32,000 nucleotides of DNA from Ureaplasma parvum serovar 3 str. ATCC 27815. Its GTDB lineage: Bacteria > Bacillota_I > Bacilli_A > Mycoplasmatales > Mycoplasmoidaceae. The first letter of the stretch is position 1; each line of letters opens with the position of its first letter. Below, piece after piece: positions 9,095 through 19,698 of this stretch. Location of the stretch: positions 1-32,000 of the forward strand of contig NC_010503.1 of the NCBI RefSeq assembly GCF_000019345.1. The letters are read 5' to 3'. The notes under the pieces were generated by a model, which saw nothing but the letters and a program-made list of their open reading frames with translations, was not told where the DNA came from and made no database searches. The translations under genes were made by a program, and so were the position numbers.

Positions 9095-10645
9095 TTATAA
9101 TTGTGGAATCTTAATTCCATGTTTTGCATAGAATTCTTTTAGACCGTTGTACGTATTTTCAGAATATCCACCATCTTTTACTTTTGCTCCTGCATAAGAT
9201 AAAAGCAACCCAATTAATGCTTGTTTTTCATCATTTGATTTAGTATTATCCCATATTTCTTTAAATTTCTTTGAAGATGTGTTAGAAATATATGTAGATT
9301 TGGCAACAGGATAGAAATAATATGTACCTTTAGCTGATTTATAAAAAGTTCCGCCATTTACTCTTGGATCAATCGTTTTATTATTTAATAAAGATGCTTC
9401 ATTATCTGTTTCTTTTTTAACATCTAAATAACCATCAACAACTGGTTTTTTATCAAGTGTTTTAAATAAATCATCATTAGTGATTTTATTAACTAATTCA
9501 TCATATGTGCTTACTTTATCACTTTGATTTGTTTGTGCTAAATTAAATGCATCAATTACATAATGATAAGCTGATGGTGAAATACCAACTACACCATCTG
9601 ATAAATTACCAACAGTATTAACTCCTAATTTATATTTATCTTTTGGATCAATTTCGCTACCAATAACAATCTGGTCAGATTTTTTAGATAATGATTCTCC
9701 CTTAATTGCATTTTCTAATAATTTTATCGTTGCTGTGTCTAAACGTTTTGTAATTGAAAAACGAATAACACCGTTTTTATTTCCGCTTAGATGTGTGTTA
9801 ATAAATTTATCTGTTTTTTTATTGATTGCTTGATCGTTTTCAATTTCTACGTCAACACCAATAACTCCTACATTGTGTGAAGTTGTTGCAATTGCTTCAG
9901 TAACAGCTATTCCAACTTGAGGAATAGCTACTGGTAAAATTAAATCAGCACCTTTAGTAATTAATTCCTGAATAATTTTTTTAGCATTAGCACTATCAGA
10001 TTGGAAACCTCCAGCACTACTTTCTGAAGCATAAACTTGTTCAACATTAATCCATTTTTTTGTTTCTTGTGTTCCTTCTTGTTTAATGTTTTTATCTTTT
10101 AATTTTTCATTAGCTCATTTAACACCTAAATCAAAACCTGCTAAGTAATTGGTTGTATTTTTAGCATTTATACCTACATACCCACCTCAAGTTAATTTAT
10201 TATCTGCACCAAAAACTGCTTGATTTGAGTTTAACATATAAGCTGCAGCAATACCTCCTAAAAAAGCGGCTTCATCAACTTTAAAATAAACATCAGCAAC
10301 ACGATCTGCTCCCTTATAAAACTCAGCTTTATTGTCATTATTATAAACTCCATCTAAAATTAAAGCGATTAAATTAGGATCAAATTTATCATTTACTAAA
10401 GCATTTTGTAATCTTTCAGGATGTTGATAACCAGGCATTAATAAAGCTCGTTTACCATCACTAGCCATACTTTTATATTTTGTTTGAAAACCTTCATCAT
10501 CATCACTTGTTGGTGAAGTCCAATAAAATTGACTATAGTTTAATGTAGATTTTTGTGTACATGATGTTGCTACAGTAATAATTGTACCTAAAGCAAAAAC
10601 GCTACCAATTGCTAAAAATAGAACTTTTTTATTTAACTTTTTCAT
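9095..10645 (-). CDS. BMP-family (PnrA/NupN-like) ABC substrate-binding lipoprotein, 516 aa
   Basis: Track ORF 10187..10645 (signal peptide plus lipobox VATSC) continues through TGA at 10187 and 10115 to TAA at 9095 (all 363 downstream codons checked). 9095..10114 has no ORF call because that stretch encodes no Met. Paralog of 15836..17410. Confidence 0.85.
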
Positions 10646-10776
10646 TTTACTCCTTTATATTTTATTATTCACAATTTATCTTGAATAACTAAACAAACAA
10701 TTTAAAATCGTTTATTTATTGTTAATAATATTAACCTAAAAAAGTTAAATTTTAAAATCATTTTTTTAAAAAAAAT

Positions 10777-10797
10777 AAAGGAAAAAATCCTTTTTTT
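10777..10797. terminator. Orphan terminator-like hairpin inside a 385-nt spacer
   Basis: AAAGGA (10777..10782) / TCCTTT (10788..10793) with an A5 loop, flanked by an A-run and a T-run. Confidence 0.4.
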
Positions 10798-11003
10798 CTT
10801 ATCTTGTCATAAAACTAATTTTTATAAAATTTGTTTAATGAAATTGATAATTTTACTAAAAGCCTTTATTTTAATTAGATTTAATTGAATGATAAAAAAT
10901 AAATAATTAAAAAAGTAATCAAATTAAAACCCTTACTTCATCATAAAAAATAATTTATCATTTCTTTAAAAAAATATGAAATTAATGGTTAGTCTATAAT
11001 AAA

Positions 11004-11027
11004 AAAATGTGCAAATAAGCACATTTT
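11004..11027 (-). terminator. Rho-independent terminator of the nucleoside ABC operon
   Basis: AAAATGTGC / GCACATTTT stem, 6-nt loop, followed on the - strand by a T7 run. Lies 4 nt after the permease stop. Confidence 0.75.
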
Positions 11028-11030
11028 AAT

Positions 11031-11960
11031 TTATCTTTTTGTTTTATCAAATGGGATTCCCACATTCTTTGGTGCCACACTATATTTACTAAATGAAATT
11101 AAAGCAATTAAAGTGATTACATAGGGGATTAATTTACCAATTTCTTGAGGTATTTTATCAATTTGTGAAAAGGTTTTTGTAATAACTGCAAAAGCAATTG
11201 AAACAACTGCAATTAGTGGAATTCTTCAAGCTCCAGCAATCAAAATGGCTAAAGCTAAGAACCCGATCCCACCAACCTCGCCTGCAAATGGAGAACGTGA
11301 TGCATACATATATAATCCACCACCAATTCCAGCAATAAAACCAGAAATCGAAACAGCAATTCATTGGTATTTATAAACATTAATGCCTTGTGCATCTGCT
11401 GCATTTGGGTTTTCACCAATTGCATATAATCTTAAACCAAATGGAGTTTTTTTCATCATTATCATTAAACCAATGGTAATTAAAACAACAGCAATTAAAA
11501 TTAAAATACTTCCAATATAAATAGTGTTGATTCCATCACCAATTTTCATTAATCCTAAATAATCAGAAGATAGACTTGTTTTGTCAGCAATTTTATCGCC
11601 CAAAGGATAAGTTACAAAGGTTGCTACTCCTGAAGCTAATAAATTAATAGCTGTTCCAGCAATAATTTGATTGGTTTTTAATTTTATAGTTAAAAAACCA
11701 AATAATAATGAAGTTGGAATAGTCAATATTCCAGCAATAATTAAACATACAATAAATGTATATTCTGTTTCCGTTTTTGTTCCCATATATTTATAAATAA
11801 TTGTTGAAAATAATGTAAAGACTAAGGCACCAATAATCATTTGACCATTAATTGAAATATTAGCAATCCCAACACGTTCACAAAAGAAACCACTTAACGC
11901 ACCTAGAATTAAAATAGCAGCGTAAATAGAGGCATCGTTAATTAATGATAATGAAGGCAT
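11031..11960 (-). CDS. ABC transporter permease, YufQ/NupQ-like (309 aa)
   Basis: ORF 11361..11960 extended through TGA at 11361 and 11226 to TAA at 11031 (checked). Polytopic hydrophobic protein. The ATG overlaps the upstream permease stop (TAATG). Confidence 0.85.
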
Positions 11961-14170
11961 TAACTAATCACCTCTTTCATGTTTTGTTGATTAATAATTG
12001 CTTTTTGATAAGCAGTTGTTAATCAATCTTCTAATAATAATTTTTGTTCTTGATCTAGATTAATTTTATTAATATGTTGTTTAGTTTTTTCATAATGTTT
12101 TGTCAAGTATGATGATGAGCGTTGTTTTGTATTCTTTTTAATTTCATCATCTTGCGAAATATTTCTTAATTCTAATTTTGTAATTTCTTTCGTGTAATTT
12201 TCTAAATGTTTATTACGCGAAATAATAATTTTATTAAGAATTTTATCATTTGGATTTAGTAATAAAATAATCTTATCCATTTGTTCATCATGAACTAAAT
12301 TCTTTGATTTTAAAGTTATTGACAATTGTTCTAATCGAGAATCTAATAAAGAATTAATGTATGTCATAATTTGATTTTTTAAATCAATCATGTGATCTAA
12401 ATTATTCTCAAAACTTGCCTGTTTAAATTCACTAAACATTAATTGTGCTTGTTCATCTTTTAGAACTAAAGATAACTCATTAACTAACTCGGTTGTTAAC
12501 ACTGAATTGTTATTTTCATATTCTTGTAATAAATATTTTAGCTTATTATAATCAAACGATTTTGATTGAGCATATTTACTAATTTCTTTAGCCACTAAAT
12601 TTTTAATTAAAAAATCTTCATTATGAATTTTGTCTTTAATACGACTTAGTTTTTTAGCGCTTATGTTTTCAAAATGTTTTAGTTTATTTTTAATTTTTCT
12701 TGTTGTGTTAATTTCTGGATAATAAACAAGTGTTGCTCTTTCAATAATTAAATGTTTTTTAAGTTGCATTGCATTATTTTTCAATTGTTTCAAATATTTA
12801 TCATATTCAACTTTTAATCAAGCATTATATGTTGTTTTAATGTAACTAATAGTATATTCATATTGTTGGTTAACTTTGTTATATTGTTCATGATTTTTAA
12901 ATTGATCTAATTCTTTACGTAATTTCTTTAACTCTTGTAAATATTGATTACGTTTTTTATTAATTTCACTATAGATTGCTTTATATTCAGAAATAATGTT
13001 ATTGTTTTTATTTTCATAATCTCGATAATAATCCTTACCTTTATAAGTATAGATTAAATGATAAATTCAATAAACGGGACTTATTCGTTCAAATAAAATA
13101 AACATTGCTGCCCCTAACATTACAAATGAAATAATAATTCCAGATAAATCTTGTGGAAAACTTCCTCCTAAATTATCAGCAGATTGTTGTAATAATCCCA
13201 TTAAGAATGAGACAGGAATTGTTGCTAAAGGATGTGCTAGAGAAATTAATCCCATCGCAATTCCATCATATCCTTGGGTTGGTAAGGCATCAGCAGCTTG
13301 ACTAATAACAATCGCATTTGTTGTTGTTGAAGTATAATTAACCATTGCTAAAGCCCCAGCTAATGCACCAGAGATCGCAAAAGTTGCTAATGAAATAATT
13401 TTTGTTCGGTATCCAGCATATTTTGCTGCATCAAATGATTTACCAACAGATAAGACTTTGTGACCAAAAACTGTGTATTTTAAGATTACTCAAATAATAA
13501 TAGATAAAGAAATAAAGATCAATAAAGCAAATAAATAACCATATCCAGATGCTAAATGAAATAAAGAATAATTATCAGCAAAAGGAATTGATCGTGATCC
13601 AACTTGATCTGGTGTTGGATTATACATTTTACTTTGTGCAGTAAAAACAACATAACGCGTAATATAGAACATTATTCAATTCAATAAAATTGAACTAACA
13701 ACTTCATTAATCTTTAAAAATACTTTTAAAATTCCTATAAAAACTGCAAACATTGCTCCTGCTAACATTGCAATGATTAATAAGAAAAATTGACCTAAAA
13801 CATTAGGCATATTAATATTGGCAATTTGCATGTTTTTTACGACTAATAACATAATCAAACCTGAACCTAACATTTGTCCAGAAATACCAATATTAAATAA
13901 TCCCGCTTTAAAAGCGAAAATAAATGATAATGCGGCAATTCCTAAAATTGCTACTTTTGTTAAATAAATATCTGGCGAACCAATTCATTTAGTAAATAAT
14001 CTTATAAAGAAATCACGTATGTTATAGCCTAATATTCCAACCAAAATAGCTGAAACTACTATCGCTACAAAAATGGCAAAAACTGTCGATAAGAATTTTT
14101 TAGTGATTGTTTTTCGCTCTTGACCTTTAAGAAAGCTATCGTAACTTAAAAGAGTTTTAAATTTCAACAT
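11960..14170 (-). CDS. ABC transporter permease, YufP/NupP-like, fused to a ~369-aa hydrophilic C-terminal domain (736 aa total)
   Basis: Five track ORFs (13985..14170, 13676..13873, 13490..13672, 13067..13345, 12023..12793) share one frame, joined by TGA at 13985, 13676, 13490, 13067, 12818 and 12023. All linker segments were checked and contain no TAA or TAG. Ends in TAA at 11960..11962. Confidence 0.85.
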
Positions 14171-14172
14171 AC

Positions 14173-15780
14173 TTATATTTTTTCACCTGCCATTAATTCA
14201 CCAATTTTTTGTCTTGTCATTGAAAAACGATCACCAACACTAATGAAATATCCATTATGAATTACAGCAATTGTATCAGCAAGTGATAAAATTTCGTCTA
14301 ATTCGTAAGAAATTAATAAAATAGCATTACCTTTTCGTTTCTCTTCTAATGTTTGTTCATGAATAAATTCAATCGCACCTAAATCTAAACCTCTTGTTGG
14401 TTGAACCAATAAAATTAATTTATGAGATCGTTCAAATTCACGACCAATAATTAGTTTTTGTTGGTTTCCACCAGATAATCCTCGTGCATCTGATGTACCA
14501 CGTGTTGTACCACGAACATCATATTTTTTAATAATATTAATTGCATGTTTTGAAATTTCATTATTATTAAAAAATCCTAAATTACTATATGGTTTATCAT
14601 CAACTTGTTGTAAGATCGCATTCATAGCAATCGTGTCATCTAAAACTAATCCATGTTTATGACGATCTTCTGGTACATGTGATAATCCTAACTGATAACG
14701 TTTTCTAATGCTTGCATGTTCAATTTCTTGATTATCAAGCATAATTTTTGCTTCCTTATTTCCTTTTAATAAGCCAGAGATTATTTGCGCTAATTCACTT
14801 TGACCATTACCTTCAACACCGGCAATAGCAAAAATTTCACCCTTGCGGATACTAAAATTAATAAAATTATTATTTTTAGTACTTAACAATGAAACATCAT
14901 CACCTTTTGGTGATGATTTAACTTTCACAATATCTTTTTGTTTTTTAACAATTGATTGAATATCTAAATTTTGAACTTCGAAAACTTTTTCATTACTTGT
15001 GATTGGATCGATATTTTTAACTTCAACCAATTTTCGACCAACCATTAATTCAGCCATTTCAGCTATTGTTTTTTGTTTAACATCAAAACTATCAATATAA
15101 TGTCCGCGACGAATAACTGTTGCAGAATCAGCAACTTCTTTAATTTCATTTAGTTTATGCGTAATAATAATGATTGTCTTGCCTGCTGCTTTAAAATCTT
15201 TTAGCATTTGTAAAAATGCTTGAATTTCATCTTCACTCAAAACAGCAGTTGGTTCATCAAAAATTAAAATATCAATATCACGATATAATAATTTTAAAAT
15301 TTCCGTTTTTTGTTGTTGACCAACTGTAATTTTTGAAATTTTACTTTTTAAATTGATATTTAATCCATATTCTTGAATGATTTTTTTAAGTTCTTTAGTA
15401 ATTTTTTTACGGTTAATGATACCTAGTTGCGTTGCACCTTCAGAACCTAAAATAACATTATCTAAAACACTTAAGGTGTCAATTAATTTAAAATGTTGAT
15501 GTACCATTCCAATTCCGGTTTTTGAAGCATCTTTAGCTGAACTAAAATTGACAATTCGACCATTAATTTTAATTGATCCAGAATCTTGTTTATAGATCCC
15601 AAATAAAATTGACATTAAGGTTGATTTACCTGCTCCATTTTCACCAATAATTGCATGAATTTCATTTTTTTTAACAAAAAGATTAACATCTTTATTAGCA
15701 ATAACAGTCCCGTTCAGGAAAGTTTTTGTAATCTCGTGCATTTCTATGGCGTAAGGACATTGATTTGTCTTAATTTCCAT
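14173..15780 (-). CDS. ABC transporter ATP-binding protein with tandem ABC domains (YufO/NupO/RbsA-like)
   Basis: Domain 1: GENGAGKST, ILIFDEPT. Domain 2: LSGGNQQK, LLVQPTRGLD. Intact 535-aa ORF. Confidence 0.92.
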   Translation of the reverse strand: MEIKTNQCPYAIEMHEITKTFLNGTVIANKDVNLFVKKNEIHAIIGENGAGKSTLMSILFGIYKQDSGSIKINGRIVNFSSAKDASKTGIGMVHQHFKLIDTLSVLDNVILGSEGATQLGIINRKKITKELKKIIQEYGLNINLKSKISKITVGQQQKTEILKLLYRDIDILIFDEPTAVLSEDEIQAFLQMLKDFKAAGKTIIIITHKLNEIKEVADSATVIRRGHYIDSFDVKQKTIAEMAELMVGRKLVEVKNIDPITSNEKVFEVQNLDIQSIVKKQKDIVKVKSSPKGDDVSLLSTKNNNFINFSIRKGEIFAIAGVEGNGQSELAQIISGLLKGNKEAKIMLDNQEIEHASIRKRYQLGLSHVPEDRHKHGLVLDDTIAMNAILQQVDDKPYSNLGFFNNNEISKHAINIIKKYDVRGTTRGTSDARGLSGGNQQKLIIGREFERSHKLILLVQPTRGLDLGAIEFIHEQTLEEKRKGNAILLISYELDEILSLADTIAVIHNGYFISVGDRFSMTRQKIGELMAGEKI

Positions 15781-15835
15781 ATGATCACTTTCTATAATTT
15801 TTTATATTTATTTCAAATTAGATACTTTTAAAGTA

Positions 15836-17410
15836 TTAAATTTTTGGAATGATGATTTTTTTAGATTTGTAGAATGCTGCTAATCCATTATATGCAGATT
15901 CTGAAAAAGATTTATCTTTTAGAACAGCATTATTTTGACCTAAAACAACTTTTGCTAATTTTTCTTTAGCTTCTGGTGTTGTGGCAGCATCTCAATATTT
16001 TTTAAATTCTTGTGATGCACTTCGTTTCTTTGGATCCTCTTCTAAATATGAAGAACCTGTTAATGAATATGGATATAATTTTTTATCTGATTCATTTATA
16101 TAAACTTCACCACCAAGTAATTTTTGTAATTCACTAAATGATTTATTTTTTTCACTATCTTTTAAAACTCATCCATCGCTTGTTTTTGTAGCAAGATCTT
16201 CTAATTTTGTAGTTCCTTTTGTTGAAAGAAGTTTAAATAATTCTTCATTTTGAATAACATTAACAATTTGAGCATATGTAATTGCTTTTAAACCAGCTAG
16301 TTTAGCCGCTTGTTCTAAATAAACACGACCTGCATTTGATAATTCAACAAGCGGAGTATCATCTACATATGTGCTCTTATCTAAACTTGCTTCAGTATGT
16401 GTTCCTAATTTATAAGCATCTTTATTAATATCATTAGTTAGTTGTGCACCTTTTGAAGCATTTTCAATTGCTCCCTTCATTGCTAAATCAACACGTTTAA
16501 CAATTGAGAATAAAATTGTTTTTCCATCATTAACAGTTTTGTTTGTAATTCTTTTACGGTTTGTTACATCATCTAATTCTTGTGCAGTATCAACACCAAT
16601 AATTACACTTGGATCTGTTGCATTTGAAACAATTGAAGTTGCAAGGTTTGTTTGTGGACCAGCTACAGGTAAAATAACATCAGCTTTTTTTGTAATTAAA
16701 TCATTGATAATGTTTGTTGCACCTTCTTCATCTGGTTTAAATGAACCAGCAACGTATTTGCTAGCAAATACTTGTTCAACATTCATTCATTTTTTCTTGC
16801 TTCCATTAGCATCTTCTTGATTAATTTCTTTATCTTTTAACTTTTCATTTGCTCATTGAACACCTAATTTAAAACCTTGGATAAAAGTTGAAGTTGATGT
16901 AAAATGTAATCCAACATATCCACCTCAAGTTAGTTTTCCATCTGCTGCAAAAGTTTTTTGGTTAGCATTTAAATAGTACGCCGCAGCAATACCTGTTAAA
17001 AATGCTGCTTGATCTACACGATATGAGACAGACGCAATACGGTCTTTACCCACTGTTCCACTAAATTTATCATCAATTAAAACTGCACTTAAATCTTTTT
17101 TATCGCTGCTTGAACCAAAATATTCTTTAATTGGAATTGAGTGACTAAATGAAATCAAGCCTAACATACGAGCACCATCATCGTATAATGAATTATATGT
17201 TCTGTGATATCCTAAACTATCATCTCCAGCTGGTTTTGCATAAAAATCTTCTAAAGACAATTTAGAAATATAATTTCCATCTTTATTTGTTTTCCCATCA
17301 TCTTTATTACTATCATTACATGATGCAGCAATAGCTGCAACTGAAGTTAATGTAACCACTCCAGCAAGTGATGCAAACAAGATTTTTTTATTGATTTTGC
17401 TTTTTTTCAT
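15836..17410 (-). CDS. BMP-family (PnrA/NupN-like) ABC substrate-binding lipoprotein, 524 aa, first gene of the operon
   Basis: ORFs 16925..17410 (lipobox AIAASC) and 16169..16786 plus linkers are one frame, joined by TGA at 16925, 16853, 16787, 16169 and 15992. Ends in TAA at 15836 (checked). Confidence 0.88.
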
Positions 17411-17488
17411 AAAATTTATTTTTTATCCTTTTTGACATGAAAAATCTAAAATAACTAAACAACACAATTTTTAAGATTGTGTAGTATC

Positions 17489-17496
17489 ATTATACA
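17489..17496 (-). promoter_or_regulatory. Extended -10 promoter (TGTATAAT) for the nucleoside ABC operon
   Basis: The reverse complement of 17489..17496 reads TGTATAAT, about 80 nt upstream of the lipoprotein ATG. Confidence 0.5.
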
Positions 17497-17547
17497 AAAA
17501 ATAAACTTGTATATATAAGTTAAACACTTAATTTTTGTTTTTTGTAT

Positions 17548-17565
17548 AAAAAAAAGCGTTTTTTT
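17548..17565. terminator. Weak A8-GCG-T7 palindromic hairpin after tatD
   Basis: The stem is AU-only, so stability is doubtful. Lies 16 nt after the tatD stop. Confidence 0.25.
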
Positions 17566-17580
17566 AATTAAAACACTTTT

Positions 17581-18378
17581 TTATTTTTTAAAATTTAGAA
17601 TTCTTAATGAATTTTCTAATAAGATTTTTTGCATTTTTTCATGTGTAATGCCTAATAAGTTGGCAATAAATGCTGATGTATATAATACATAATAAGGATA
17701 GTTAGTTTGCCCTCGTTTAGGAACTGGTGTTAAATATGGGGCGTCTGTTTCTACTAGAATCTTATCAAGTGGGGTTATTTTAATCGCCTCATACAGTTCA
17801 TGTAATTGATTATTTTTTGTTGGTTTAAAAGTAATTACACCAGGATATGAAATATAATAACCCATTTCAATATATTGTTGTGCATACTCTTTTTTATCTG
17901 TAAAACAATGGATTATTACATCTTGAACAGCTAATTCTTTTAAGATGGCAATTGCGTCATCGTGTGCATTACGGATGTGTAACATTAATGGTTTATGATA
18001 CTTTTTAGCCAATTCAATATGTTTTTTAAACCAATGTTTTTGAAAATCATGATCATAATTTTGTTCATGATAATAGTCTAAACCACACTCACCAATACAA
18101 CTTATGTAATCAATATTTTCTGCTATCAATTTTTCTAATGCAACAAAATCATTTTCTATATTATGTAAATCATTAGGATGGATTGCAACACTACAAGTCA
18201 AAAATTTAAATTTTTTAGCTTGTTGAATGGCTGTCTGTGAAGTTTTTAAATCTACTCCAACAATATTTAATCCAATACCTTGTTCATAACATTTAAAGAT
18301 AATGTCATCAAATTCTTCAATTAATGGTTCAATATTAGGATGAGTATGAGTATCAATAATTTTTATTTTTTCTAACAT
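17581..18378 (-). CDS. tatD: TatD-family metal-dependent hydrolase/DNase
   Basis: Motifs IDTHTH, ECGLDY, HIRNA, HCF, ETDAPY. Confidence 0.9.
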
Positions 18379-18379
18379 A

Positions 18380-19696
18380 TTATTTACCTATACAAAAATT
18401 TTTAAATAAATCATCTAAAAAATCATATTCGCTACTTATGCCTAAGAGTTCATTTAAACGTAAATTGCAAAATTCTAAATCAGCGACAATTAAATCAAGT
18501 GTATCCCCTTTTTCTAAATTAAGAATTGCGTTATTAATTAAATAATGAACATTTTCTAAAATACCAATTTGACGTTGGGATTGTAAAACATCAATGTTAG
18601 CATTGTCAAACTCTTGAACATAAAAAAGTTTTTTAATTTCATCAATCAATGACTGAATATCATTATTTTTTGCATTAATATATATTTGTTTATCATCGTA
18701 TTGATCAACTAAATCTTTTTTTGTATAAACTAATAAATGTTTTTGTTTTTTAATTAAATCATATAACTCCAAATCTTGTTGTTCGTTTGCAGGTATTAAA
18801 TATAAAATTAAATCAACTTTATCAATTAATGCTTTGGCTTTATTAATTCCTAAATTTTCAACAAAATCATTTGTTAAATGAATTCCTGCAGTATCTAAGA
18901 TATTTAAAGTAATATTATCAATATTAATTGAGGATTCAATAACATCACGTGTTGTCCCAGGAATATCTGTAACAATCGCTTTTTGTTCATTGCATAAAGC
19001 GTTTAATAGAGTTGATTTACCTACATTTGGTTTTCCAATTATTAACACCCTAATGCCTTTATTGATTGGTAAAAATTTTTTTGATTGATCAATAATTTTT
19101 GTAATTTTTTTATCTAAAGATAATAAACGTTGTTTTAAAATAATAGCATCAACTTGTTCAACATCATCGTATTCAGGATAATCAATATTAACTTCAATTT
19201 GCCCAATTATCATAAATAACTCATGCCTAAATTCAGCAATTGATTGCGAAACACGTCCTAATAGAGCGCCAATTACACCTTTAACGCTTAATTCATTTTT
19301 AGCATTAACCAAATTGTTAATTGCTTCAATTTTTGATAAATCCATTTTTTTATTTAATAAAGCACGGCGAGAAAATTCTCCACGTTGTGCTGGTTGACAA
19401 CCATATTTAATTAATGTTTTAATAATTAAATTAGCAACCACTATTCCTCCGTGGCAATTAATTTCTACTAAATCTTCTCCAGTAAATGTTTTTGGAGCTA
19501 CAAATGTATTTATTAAAACTTCATCTAAAATTTGATTATCATCTTTTAGAATTGTATACCAAATTTTAAAAGTTTCTTTTTTTATTTTTATTGTTGAAAT
19601 TTTATTAATTATTTCAAAAGCTTTTGGACCACTAACCCGAATAATGTGAATGGCACAATTCATAGGCGCGGTTGCTAAAGCAACAATTGTTGACAT
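18380..19696 (-). CDS. mnmE: tRNA modification GTPase MnmE (TrmE/ThdF)
   Basis: G1 [13 protein letters not shown]3 DTAGI, G4 TKKD, C-terminal CIGK. Confidence 0.95.
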
Positions 19697-19698
19697 TG

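Noticed and set aside
10665-10673. TTATTCACA, a one-mismatch DnaA-box-like 9-mer
   Set aside because: It is a single isolated copy 9 kb from dnaA, inside a lipoprotein 5' leader. At this AT content a single one-mismatch hit is unremarkable. There is no cluster.
10848-10916. 22-codon hydrophobic mini-ORF (MKLIILLKAFILIRFNWMIKNK) on the + strand in the 385-nt spacer
   Set aside because: It has no SD and no promoter, it points against the surrounding transcription, and its length is within random expectation.
12023-12793. Treating track ORF 12023..12793 as a stand-alone 256-aa coiled-coil protein gene
   Set aside because: Its 'start' is an internal TTG. The frame is continuous with the upstream permease through TGA codons at 12818 and 13067, with no TAA or TAG and no SD. 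The fusion reading is better supported (see finding).
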